Assembly: GCA_963674595.2 (NCBI GenBank)
Contig: CAXXFV010000016.1
Location: forward strand, 512,001 to 576,000
Origin: a bacterium
GTDB lineage: Bacteria; Zhuqueibacterota; Zhuqueibacteria; Residuimicrobiales; Krinioviventaceae
DNA length: 64,000 nucleotides
Direction of reading: 5' to 3'
Shown here: in pieces, positions 31,950 through 43,915 of the stretch
How positions within the stretch are numbered: the stretch's first letter is position 1
Layout of the letters: each line of letters begins with the position of its first letter
Notes under the pieces: generated by a model
What the model was told of the DNA's origin: nothing
Database searches by the model: none
Seen by the model: only the letters and a program-made list of their open reading frames with translations
Program-made: the position numbers and the translations under genes

Positions 31950-32902
31950 CAGTACCTCAGCATTTGGCGGATCGTACTGGGACGCAAACGTTGTAATTCC
32001 GTTAATTCAGTGCAGGCCGCATAACCACAATCGATACAAACCTCATCAGATGCCCGACAGCAGACCGACTCGCCGTCCACGTCCAGAACCGAGGCAATCG
32101 GCATACGCCTCGGCCAGTTGCCGGTTTTTAATGCAAGCAGACCTGCCCGTGAATTTATAACAGGCAATCTCTTTTTAATACAAGTCAAAAGCCGGTCAAT
32201 GATCGGGGCGCGTTCCTGCGCCGTCAGGAACAATTCGTCCCGCCCATAATAAGGTGTATGAAAGTAAAACATAACGCCGGTAACAGGGAATTTTGTTTCC
32301 TATACCCAGCGAAGAAATGGTTCAATACCCTTTTCCGTGTTGCGGTCGATGACATAAATAACGGCAATTTTCGAATGCCGGCTTTCACGGACAATTCGTT
32401 CCACTTTATAAAAATGATCACCGCGCCGTTTTTCAAAAACACTCGGCAGTCCGTCCATGCTCACCCATACAAGATCAGCCGATGTTTCAATGCCCAGTGT
32501 GCCATTCGTATAAACATGAACATGAAAAAAGCCCATTCGTTTTGCTTCGAAAATGGCATCTTTAAGTTTGTGCTTTCCATCGCGCCATAACATGGGTTCT
32601 CCGCCGCTGAAATAAAGTTCACGAAATCCGCGTTTTCGGGCGTTTTGCATGGCGACTGTTAACTGTTCCCAGGTCATGTCCGGACGGCCTGTGTTGGCAA
32701 TGTGACAACCTTTGCATAAAAGGTTACAACGGTCTGTCAGGACAATGCCATATATGAGAGGCTCCCAATGCCGCAGAATAATAAAACGCCATGAATAACA
32801 GGCATAGAAGAAAAGCCTGTTCCACAAGTCCCTTTCAGGTTTTTGGAGGTTTCTGAAAAAAGTATTACTAATTGAGGTTTTTGTATCTTTTATTTCAGAC
32901 AT
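31946..32902 (-). pseudogene. Radical SAM protein (DUF3463-like C-terminus) interrupted by an in-frame TAG at 32302-32300
   Basis: CNLLCKGC, FSGGEP, YTNGT, VSMDG; both ORFs are in the same frame (LRWV*ETKFPVTGVMFYFHTPY); C-terminal CC..C..CGYAAC. Confidence 0.8.
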
Positions 32903-33205
32903 TAATTAGCTTTCGGGAAAATGTTCAGGTTGAGCTAATGTTGATCTGCATAAAACTGAGGACAAACGGGTGGCTTGAAATATAACTATTTCAGGCTCAA
33001 TTTGATAGGACACAGCCTCTTTCTTCAGCTTAAACACTCTAGTGTGCAGCATTATTCTATCTCATTTTTTTAATTTTTGTGATGGAAAGAACGGCAGTAC
33101 CATATAGAACAGAAATGACAGCATTCGATGTTTTATCCCTTTTAAAACATTATCGTAGAATTATTCATTGGTGCGTTTTGAAAAAGTATATCCAACCCAC
33201 CCATA

Positions 33206-34031
33206 TTATTGTTGATTTATCACGTATTCTTTAAAGGCTTTAATAGAGTCATCAAATTCAAGTCCGTAGGTGTTTTTAAAAGGCTTTGTCCGGATTGCAG
33301 GTTTTGATAATCGTTTTGACGTACTTTATAAATTTATCCCTGCCGTATTGGTCAATAAGGTAATCCACTATACAGGCATACTCGGAATAAATAAAACCGA
33401 TTCTGTATTTTATATCAAGTTTGGTTTGTTTTTCCCTTTTTGTATGAAAATCCTGCGGTCGTATAAAGTTGCCGTTAAGGATATATTGATAGGTTTCCTC
33501 TTTTGAAGGGTAGAAGGTGGTCCCCATTTGGTTGGCGGAATACATTGCAGTGCCTTCGTGAAGCCATTTGGGAAATTTTGCGGCTTTGAATAATCCGATT
33601 TGTTGATGTATGAGTGAATGGGTCAGCTCATGTGTGAGATAAATTTTTAAAGAAATTTCACCGCGCTTTGCTTCTTCCAGTGACCAGGGAGCAATTATAA
33701 CGTCGCCGTTATAAAGCGAACAAAATCTGGCTTTTGTTAAGGATCGCTGATAAAAGTTTTCGGCGTCTTTGAATATAAATATTCTCGGTTTGCTTTTAAA
33801 TTTCATATCGAGGAATTTTTCAATAGGGGGGAACAGAGCGTCTATCATGGCAAAATCTGTAAATTCCGCTCCGTTTTGAATATATATAACCGCCTGCTCT
33901 GTTTCGGTTGGTGAAAATCCGATAATAACAGGCGAATAGGGGAACAATTTACCGAATAAAAAGCTGTAAATAACAAAAATAACAATCAGAACAACGACTG
34001 TTAAAATAGAATATTTAATAGGTTTATTCAT
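33206..34031 (-). CDS. Peptidase MA-like zinc metallopeptidase (3' end frameshifted near 33276)
   Basis: HELTH and PKWLHEGTA; removing one T restores ...DKAFKNTYGLEFDDSIKAFKEYVINQQ*. Confidence 0.75.
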
Positions 34032-34203
34032 TGTTTTAATTCTTTCAGATCGTGGTGATGTTTTCTGTGCTGTTCGCTTTTTTTATCTGATATTTATATA
34101 ATACGTTTTCCTTTGAAAAAGTTTCGAGAGTAATACATTCAGGTATTGACGGTAATATGTGATACGTCTGAATATATTGTTTTCGTTTGATCGAATTATC
34201 TTT

Positions 34204-35175
34204 TCATGCCCAGTCTAAAATTGAATATATCAAAAACAAGCAAAATAGCGCAAAAAGAGCAGCACAAACAGATGCAATATACATAATACTCACAGCATTT
34301 TTAATATCTGCTGGTTCAATATTTTTAAAGTTGTCGCCCAGTAAAGGTTTTTTTGAAATTTTACCTTTATGAAAATTCGTTCCTCCTAATTGAATATTTA
34401 AAGCGCCGGCCATTGCCGCTTCCCCGTGTGCCGCATTCGGGCTTGGATGTTTTAATCGATCTCTTTTGCATATTGAAAAAGAACCGGCAACATTAAAGCC
34501 TCTCAGGAAAGCAGCAAAAGGTATTAAAATAAATCCTGTAATTCGGGCGGGAACAAAACCAAGTATATCATCAAAACGTGCGGCTGTTTTTCCGAAAAAT
34601 TCATATTTTTTATTTTTGTAGCCTATCATGGAATCCAGTGTACTGACCGTTTTATAAAGCATAGCGGCTACAGGTCCACCCAGAACCAGATAAAACATCG
34701 GCGCAATAATGCCGTCTGAAAGATTTTCAGCAACGCTCTCTATGGCAGCTCGCGATACATTTTCAGGTGAAAGGTTTTCCGTGTCCCTGCTGACTATCAT
34801 ACTGACGGCTTTGCGCGCATTGGCAATGTCATTCTGATCCAGATATTTTTTTACTTTTAATGTTTCAAATGCGAGGGACTTTGTGGCAAGACAATAAAAA
34901 CCTGTAATGATTTCAACAAGAGTATAAAGTATAAAGGACAATTTCCCTGTTATAAATAACAGTAACCAGACAGATAGTGAAGAGGTCAATATAACAATAA
35001 AGGTTAAAAGAGAACCATGAATAAATTTTATCTTGTTTGAGGAATTTTGCGGATAAAATATTTTTTCTAAAAAACGAACCAATCTGCCTATCATTCGAAT
35101 TGGATGCGGCAGCCAACGAGGGTCCCCAAGTAATATATCCAGAATATAGGTAATTATAAAACTAGATGGGTTCAT
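34204..35175 (-). CDS. cbiB: Adenosylcobinamide-phosphate synthase CbiB/CobD
   Basis: LGDPRWLPHP; IVSRDT; ESVAENLSDGIIAP; TLDSMIGY; HPSPNA. Confidence 0.92.
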   Translation of the reverse strand: MNPSSFIITYILDILLGDPRWLPHPIRMIGRLVRFLEKIFYPQNSSNKIKFIHGSLLTFIVILTSSLSVWLLLFITGKLSFILYTLVEIITGFYCLATKSLAFETLKVKKYLDQNDIANARKAVSMIVSRDTENLSPENVSRAAIESVAENLSDGIIAPMFYLVLGGPVAAMLYKTVSTLDSMIGYKNKKYEFFGKTAARFDDILGFVPARITGFILIPFAAFLRGFNVAGSFSICKRDRLKHPSPNAAHGEAAMAGALNIQLGGTNFHKGKISKKPLLGDNFKNIEPADIKNAVSIMYIASVCAALFALFCLFLIYSILDWA

Positions 35176-35267
35176 TTTTATTCTCTGTTAATAAGATGTG
35201 TATGTATGATATCAACTCTATTTAATATAATGCTTTGGAATGTATTATTTTTCGGAACCCGAAAACA

Positions 35268-35941
35268 CCGGGGACAATCCCCTTTGATTTTCTGTTACCG
35301 GTCCAGACGTTGGGGCCTGTCCCGGCATATTTTATGATATTAGGACAATCAAAACAAGTGTTTTTTTATTAAAGGATTGGGTGAATAATCCGTTTTATTA
35401 CATACCATGATTGCCCAATGTGAACAAACCGTAGGGGCAATCCCCCGTGATTGCCCAAAGTAAACAGATCGCAGGGGCAATCCCCCGTGATTGCCCAAAT
35501 TGAACAGATCGCAGGGGCAATTCATTGTGATTACCGTTACCAGGACAGACACAGGGGTCTGTCCCTACGGTTTTTGGGGACAATTTGACAATCAAAATAA
35601 GTGTTTTTTTATTAAAGGGTTGGGTGGATACAACGTTTTATTACATATCATGATTGCCCTTTGTGAACAGATGGTAGGGGCAATCCCCCGTGATTGCCCA
35701 AATTGAACAGATCGCAGGGGCAATTCATTGTGATTACCGTTACCAGGACAGACACAGGGGTCTGTCCCTACGGTTTTTGGGGACAATTTGACAATCAAAA
35801 TAAGTGTTTTTTATTAAAGGGTTGGGTGGATACAACGTTTTATTACATACCATGATTGCCCTTTGTGAATAGATGGTAGGGGCAATCCCCCGTGATTGCC
35901 CAAAGTAAACAAACCGTAGGGGCAATCCCCCATGATTGCCC
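35268..35941. repeat. BIME-like nested REP array: three units of 243, 203 and ~152 bp (starts 35344, 35587, 35790) plus a degenerate leading doublet
   Basis: G(T/C)AGGGGCAATCCCCC(G/A)TGATTGCCC at 35431, 35471, 35674, 35876, 35916 (degenerate at 35511, 35714); inverted GTAGGGACAGACCCCTGTGTCTGTCC at 35543-35568 and 35746-35771. Confidence 0.9.
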
Positions 35942-36168
35942 GTTACGAACTGCAAACATTGAAAAAAATAAACTTTTTGCAATATACTATTGCCTTTTTG
36001 ATAAAAATTGTTTGATTACAGGTATGGATAGATGACAAGGTATTGTTTTCTCCCCCCTCCAGGCTTTGACTGGTATTCCCACCGAACAACATAATACCCT
36101 TGCCGTGCTGAATCTCTAATATCATATACACCGCCAGGTGTAAATAACGATAATCAGAGAGGTGCAAA

Positions 36169-39100
36169 ATGGACAACAAGACTTTAAAAAATCTGTTCAT
36201 CACATCGCTGGTGTTTTTTACCATGTTATCTTCTGCTTTTGCCGCTGACCGGCTTTCCGGCCGCGTTTACGAGGGCGACACGGGCGTAGAACCTCCCACA
36301 TCAACAGCTTTGGCAAATGTAACGGTTACGCTTTATGCTTCCAACAACAGTACCCAGCTTGGGTCACAAATTGACATCACCACCACCAACAGTGAGGGAT
36401 GGTACGGACTCGATGCTGATGAGGGGTACGAATATTATACCATTGTTGAAACAGATCCTTCCACGCACTATTCGGCAGGGGCGACTTCGGTTGGCGGAAC
36501 GGTCGTAACCAGCAATCGAATCCGTTACAGTGTTGCAGCAGCGCCGTTGTCACAGCAAACACTCACCGGCAACAAGTTTTGGGACAAACCAACCGCCCCG
36601 GCAAACACAAACCCTGTTGCTGATGCCGACGGTCCTTATTCCGGCATGACAGGGCACTCGATTACGTTGGATGGTTCCGGTAGTTACGATCCGGATTCCG
36701 GTGACAGCATTGCCGGCTATGAATGGGACCTGGATCATGACGGACAGTACGATGATGCGACCGGGGTCAGCCCATCACATACCTGGTATTCGGCCGGTAC
36801 TTTTTATATTGAACTCAAAGTAACGGATACTCATGGCGCATCCGATACGGACAGCACGATTGTAACAATTTCTCAGGAACCGCGCGAATGCGAGGCGAAT
36901 TTTTCCGCATCACTCCTTTCCGGGTGTGCGCCGTTGACCGTTAATTTTTCAGATGCGTCCACCAATGCTGTTTTCTGGGAGTGGACTTTTCCGGGCGCAA
37001 GTCCGGGTTCAAGCACACAAGAAAATCCGATTATTACCTATTCGACTCCCGGTGATTATAGCGTAAAACTAAAAATTATCTGTGAAGGAGGGTATGTTGA
37101 CTCGGTCATTGTTTTGAATTACATCCATGTGCAGCAATGTGAAGAAGAAATCGATTTTGGCGACGCACCGGATTATTATCCCACCTTGCTTAGTGATGAC
37201 GGTGCCCGGCACCTGATTGATCCTGACCTGTTTTTAGGCAGCAAAATTGATCCCGAATCTGATGGTCAGCCGGACGGCGCCGCTATGGGTGATGACAATG
37301 ACGGGAATGATGATGAGGACGGTGTTAACTTTGTGTCACCCTTTGTCACCGGTGCAACGGCAAATCTGGATGTGACCGCATCGGCAAGTGCTGTATTAAA
37401 CGTATGGATTGACTATAATCAAAACGGCAGTTGGGCTGAAGCCGACGAACATGTCTTTATAGACAAGGCGGTTACACCAGGACTCAATAATCTCACCGTA
37501 AATGTTCCGGCAAATGCTGTTACCGGCGAAACCTTTGCCCGTTTTCGATTGACCTGGGAGGCCGGTATGGGTTATGATGGTTCTGCTGAAAATGGTGAAG
37601 TGGAAGATTATTTGATTCAAATTGAACCGGGAGAAAATGATAATTCCGTCGGGGACAGGGTTTGGGAAGATTTAAACCACAACGGACTTCAGGATGAAGG
37701 AGAACCGGGACTGGACAGCATTTATGTATCACTGCTTGACCAAAATGGAAATTATCTGGCATCTACAGTGTCCAATTTGAGTGGCTTTTACATGTTTTCC
37801 AATTTAACCCCGGGCAGTTTTTATTTTCGATTTTCTACGCGATACGGGTATGTATACAGCCCGGCTGATCAGGGAACAGACGACGCTATTGATAGCGACG
37901 CGAATACCGCTACAGGTGAAACGCCGGTTTTTAGCATAGCGGTTGGTGAGAATATTGCCAATATGGATTGCGGTTTATACCGTGAGGCGGGTACGGACGA
38001 GTACGATTTTGGCGACGCACCTGACCCGACGTTCCCAACATTGCTGGCAAACGACGGGGCCAGACATGTGATCCATGAAAATGTTATATGGGAGCCGGTA
38101 TAGACGGTGAGCCGGATGGTCAGCCGACAGCCGATTCTCAGGGTGATGATTCGGACGGTAGTGACGATGAAGATGGTATCGTATTTCTGAACGATTTTGT
38201 TCCGGGTAATTGGGCAAGTTTTACTGCCACCGTTTCTGTTAAAGGAAATTTAGGAGGGTGGCTGGATTTTAACGGAAACGGCAACTGGACTGATGCAGGC
38301 GAGTCTGTTTTTATAAATGACACAACTGTTTTTGCCGGAGCCAATACATGGTCAGTCAAAGTTCCACAGAACGCTGTTATCGGAAATATCATAACGCGAT
38401 TTCGATTCAGCACACATCACGGCCAGACTTTTGATGGTGAATGGCCGGACGGTGAGGTGGAAGATTATTCAGTGGAAATAAAGGAAAGTTCCGACCTTGG
38501 AACGATTACTATTATCAAAAAAGCCTATCCGGCTGATAATACACCGTTTCCTTTCAACAGTGATTTCGGACCTTTTACTTTAAAAGACCCGGCTGCGCCT
38601 TCAGTTACCTTTGCCGGAGTTAAACCCGGCACCTATAATTTTAAAGAGAATATCCCGATGGGTTGGCCGGTTATTGCGATTAATGCTCAGGACCCGAATG
38701 GCGGATCGTCTGTGGACGCTACAAACGCTTCGGCAAGTATCGTGATGGACGGGAACGAACATATTATTGTTACATTTACCAATTATCAGGGTGATTTGGA
38801 TAATCTGGATTTTGGTGACGCACCGGACCCGACATATCCGACTTTGATGGCTAATAATGGCGCCTGTCATGCGATAAAACCGGGCTTTTATCTGGGCTCG
38901 GGAATTGATCCGGAACAGGACGGCCAGCCTTCAGCTTTGGCGGACGGAGACAATGTAAACGGCGTGAATGATGAACATGGTGTGATTATGTCACCGTTCA
39001 TCGCGCCGGGGCAATCCGTGCCGGTAACAGTTGTTGCTTCTGATACGGGCGTGATAAATGCCTGGTTTGATTTTAATATTAATGGGAACTGGGGTGATCC

Positions 39101-42100
39101 CGGTGAGCATGTTATTGCCGCGCAGCCGGTATGGCCGGGTGCTAATCTGTTTACATTTAATGTTCCTTCTGGAGCTGTTCACGGCTTGGCGTTTGCACGA
39201 TTTCGTTTAAGCTCTTCCCGTCAGATAAGCTATGATGGATTCGCTCTTGACGGTGAAGTGGAGGACTATGCCGTCGAAATTGTTGAACAAGGTGATGACG
39301 GATCGCTTGTTGTTTATAAGGATGCAAATCCAAAAGACAACACGCCTTTTATGATATGTATGCAGATGACGAATTCATTTTTTAATATTTTGTGTACACC
39401 TTTGATGGACCCGTTAAATAATAAAATGACAGTGTTGAATCCTGTAAATATTCAAAACATTTCCGAAGCTACTATTCCGGGGTGGACGTTAAAAGACATT
39501 CAAATAACCGGTGATACGGACAACGGATCAACAATTGATGTGACGGCAGGCCGGGTTGATCTGGATTATGATCCGGGTGAGAATATTGTAATTACATTTA
39601 AAAATGCAATATCAGAAGACGAACAATCCTATGATCTGGGTGACGCGCCGGATGGCACTAATCACGATGGTTTAACAATGAATGCTTATTCCGGTGTGCC
39701 GGCCCGGTTTCCAACCGTGTTTGATCCGGCAACAGGTACGCCGCAGGGTCCGAGACATACCAATCCCAAAGCTGATGCGTGGCTCGGTGCTGATGTGTCC
39801 GGAGAATTGGAAGCTGATCTTTTACCGGATAGTGATGGTCTGAGCAATCTTGATCCGCCAAATGATGCGGCTGACCGTGACCGGTATGATGATGGCGTTA
39901 ATATACCTTTTGCCTTACCCCCATGTCAGGATGTCTATTTTGTTTACAAGCTGACCATACCGCCGGGTACGGTAGGTAAAGACAGATATGTAAATGCCTG
40001 GTTTGACTGGAACCGTGACGGGGACTGGGAAGATGTTTTTACCTGCGAAACACAGTATGACGCACCGGAATGGGCCGTTCAAAATCAGTTGATTCCGGGA
40101 GGATTTCCGCCAGGCACCTATCTTTTTGCCACACCATTATTCAAATCCTATCATCCCCAGGGCAAAGAGAATGATCCTATTTGGATGCGGATTACCATAT
40201 CGGAACAAGCAACCGGTTTTGGTGGCGGCAGTATCGGTGAAGGTCCGGCCAACTGTTATCTCTATGGCGAGACCGAAGATTATTATTTTGTACCGCAGGA
40301 TACGACGGACGATGCACAATTTGATTTTGGTGACGCACCGGATCCCGGTTATCCGACATTGCTGGCAAACAATGGCGCGCGTCATGTTATTATTCCCAAT
40401 TTTTATCTGGGAAACGGCATAGATTCGGAAAGCGATGGGCAGCCCTTTTCCATGGCAGATGGCGATGATAAAAATACCGTTTATTCGGGATTACCCTATC
40501 CTCCGGGAGACGAAGATGGTGTACAAATTCCACCGATAATTACAAAAGGCGGGACTGTCTCTGTTAAAGTCCTGGCTTCTGCACCCGGTGTTTTAAACGC
40601 CTGGCTTGATTTTAACATAAACAATAGCTGGGCAGATGCCGGAGAACATATTATTGCAGCACAGCCGGTTATTGCCGGTATGAATTCATTTTCCTTTAGC
40701 GTCCCCTCAACGGCGCAAACGGGACAGTCATTCGCGCGTTTCCGCCTAAGCTCTGTACGGAATATCAGCTATAATGGAATAGCGCCGGATGGTGAAGTGG
40801 AAGATTATGCTGTCGCTATTCAAGGAGGGGACGGTGGTAATATAACCATTATTAAAGATGCAAATCCAAAGGACAATACCCCGTTCTGGATTTCTGTTGT
40901 TTATGGTGTCAGCGGCGGGGCGGCCCCTTACCGTGATCCCATTATGAATACGGCAACCATAACCAATGGCCCTGTTGGAACCTATAATATGGGTGAAAGC
41001 GTACCGACCGGGTGGGTCCTTGACGATATTGTGGTGACCGGAGATGCCGACAATGGATCGAGCATTGATCTGGGAAATGCTCTGGTGGACGTCGATTTGG
41101 ATGCCGGTGAAAATATTACTGTTGTTTTTAAAAACAGTAAATCCGGTGATGAAGAATTGTTCGATTTAGGTGATGCGCCGGATTGCACCAACCATTCCGG
41201 TCAGATGATGTTTGCCTATTCCGGTGTTTTGGCACGCTATCCCACCGTATTTGATCCGACCACGGGACCGCTGCAAGGGCCAAAGCATATTCATCCGCGT
41301 GATCTGGTGTTTTTGGGAAACCGGGTATCATTGGAAGCTGAAGCTGATATTGATGTAGATGAGGACCCGACGAATAATATTCTTCCGCAAAACAACAAAC
41401 CGGACCTTGATTATTTTGATGATGGTGTGAAATTGCCATTGGTCTTGCCCGATTGTGATACAACATCTTTCCAGTTTAGTGTTACTGTTGTTCCCGGTGT
41501 AACCCGGCAAAATTTTTATGTCAATGTCTGGTTCGACTGGAACCGTGATGGTGACTGGGAAGACAATGTCCCTTGTGATGGAACAACCGCCGCTGAGTGG
41601 GCTGTGCAAAATTATATGGTCACCTTAAGTTCAGGACACCATGTGTTATCTACTCCGTCATTTCGTTCTACTCATCCAACTTTTACCGGAAATCCGCCGC
41701 CCATTTGGATGCGGATAACAATCACAACCCAGGCCGCCGATACCGACGATGGCTCCGGTCCTGCTAATGGTTATAATTATGGTGAAACCGAAGATTATTT
41801 CTTTACGCCGCGTTTGCATAATGATATACAATATGATTTTGGTGATGCACCGGATGATGCAAACACTTCAATCTATCCCACGCTGCATATAAACTGCGGC
41901 GCTTATCATGACATATTGAACGATTTTAAACTTGGTGGATTAATAGATGCTGAAATTAACGGTCAGCCGACTCCGGATGCCATGGGTGATGATAATACGG
42001 CTTCGGATGATGAAGATGGAGTAACCTTTCAGACGCCGATAATTCCCGGACAATCGGCTGTTGTACAGGTGGTTGCATCTGATTCCGGAATTCTAAATGC

Positions 42101-43796
42101 CTGGATTGACTTTAATGCAAATACGGCCTGGGCAGATGTTAGCGATCATATTTTCATTGATGTTCCACTGGTTGCCGGTAATAATATGCTGACGTTTAAT
42201 GTGCCGTCAACTGCTTTATTGGGACCATCTTTTGCCAGATTCCGATTCAGTAAACTTCCCTTTGTTCTGCCTGTTGGGTATGGTCATGCCGGTGAAGTGG
42301 AGGACTATCAGGTTGAAATTGTTTCCGGCGAACAGGGACCTCCGTTGAAATGGATGCAGTGGCCGTTACGTAATGAGGATTTGGATTTGCCTTACACTCC
42401 CTATTATATAGGTTGGGATGTCCTTTCTGATTATGATGACACGTTTGTAGCAGACGACTGGTTCTGTAAAGCGCCCCGGCCGGTAACGGATATCCATTGG
42501 TGGGGCTCCTATGCTCTATGGGACAGCGCTTTTCCGCCGCCTGTTTGTCCGGATTCTTTTCATGTTGGAATTTGGAGCGATGTGAAGCCGGATGAATTTT
42601 GGGATTGGAGCCGTCCCCGTGAACTGCTTTGGGAAATTGTTGTTGCCCGGTCAGCGCTTCACGAACGGGCCGTGGAAAATGATTTTCATCCGGATTATAT
42701 GAGTAAACCGGATACCTGTTTTCAATACGACTATGACATTCCTATGGCCAAATGGTTTATACAGGAAGGTGATTCCACAGTTTACTGGTTGAGCATTGGT
42801 GCGATTTATAATGATGTCGTTCCGGATTCGTTTGTCTGGGGATGGTTAACCCGTGAACATTTCTTCCAGGATGATGCTGTATATGTTTACGATCCTGTTC
42901 AACCGACTGTCGGCGATACCACCATTAAAACCGAACCCATTAGTGAGGGCTGGGACATGGCCTTTGTGCTCGGTACGGATGATTATTTTCTGGAATTTGA
43001 TTATGGTGATGCCCCTATGGAACGGTACCCGACCTTATTTGGGCAAAACGGGCCTTTGCATATTATTGATCCATTGGTCTTTCTTGGTGAGCGTATCGAT
43101 CCGGAGGAGGATGGTCAGCCTGATTTTACCTGTACCGGTGATGACAATGACGGCAACAATGATGATGATGGAATTATCTTTATTGTATCCACCGAGACAG
43201 ATCCAAATACCTATGTCAAAATTACAACTTCCTGTCCCGGTTTTGTAAACGCCTGGATGGATTTTGATAATAATGCTGACTGGACTGATCCTGAAGACCG
43301 GATTTTATATGATGAACCCGTTCCTGGCGGACAATCTGTTTTACCGATACCGGTTCCGCAAGGATTTGAGATCGGCACTTATTTTAGCCGTTTCCGGTTC
43401 AGCACCCAGCCAGGTTTGACATTTGTCGGCATTGCTATTGATGGTGAGGTGGAGGATTATTACGCAGACCTGAGCACTGGTGATGTAAAGGTTGCCGATA
43501 ATACCAACGAATTACCAAAAGATTATCAGTTATATCAGAATTATCCCAATCCATTCAACAGAACAACGGAAATCAGATATGATTTACCGAAAGACGGATA
43601 TCTGCGGATGTCCATATATAACCTGACAGGTGCAGAGGTGCGTTTGCTGGTGAATAAATTTACCAGCGCCGGCAGTTATCAATTGTGTTGGGATGGCCGG
43701 GACAATCATGGGCAGATAATGTCCACCGGTATTTATCTGTTGGTTATTGATGTTGGTGACTATAGAACCATGCGAAAGGTTGTGCTGCTGAAATAA
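36169..43796 (+). CDS. Giant secreted/surface protein (~2540 aa): PKD x2, SdrD-B-like, 8 GEVED modules, FlgD/T9SS-A-type C-terminus; frameshifted near 38085
   Basis: Signal peptide; eight D(F/L/Y)GDAP...GE(V/T)EDY modules; SVGDRVWEDLNHNGLQD; QNYPNPFN; one added base joins ...HENV and MGAGID... Confidence 0.88.
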
Positions 43797-43811
43797 AAAA
43801 TGATTAAAACG

Positions 43812-43852
43812 AAAGAGGAGAATAATTAAAATTTTTGATTATTCTCCTCTTT
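43812..43852. terminator. Intrinsic terminator (15-bp stem) between convergent genes
   Basis: AAAGAGGAGAATAAT...ATTATTCTCCTCTTT. Confidence 0.75.
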
Positions 43853-43915
43853 ATATTTTAATGTTCATTAGGAAATGAATATCGAAAAACTTTTGCCATA
43901 TTCTATATTTTCGTT

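Noticed and set aside
32300-32302. Genome-wide TAG reassignment
   Set aside because: TAG ends proB, the TPR kinase, the DivK-like regulator and the C25 peptidase at their expected C-termini.
35344-35941. CRISPR array
   Set aside because: Linkers are 14 nt and nearly identical rather than unique spacers, repeats occur in both orientations with GTAG REP feet, and there are no cas genes in the window.
35349-35982. Short ORFs across the repeat array
   Set aside because: They are translations of REP repeats (VGTDPCVCP, GQSRGIAP) with no independent coding evidence.
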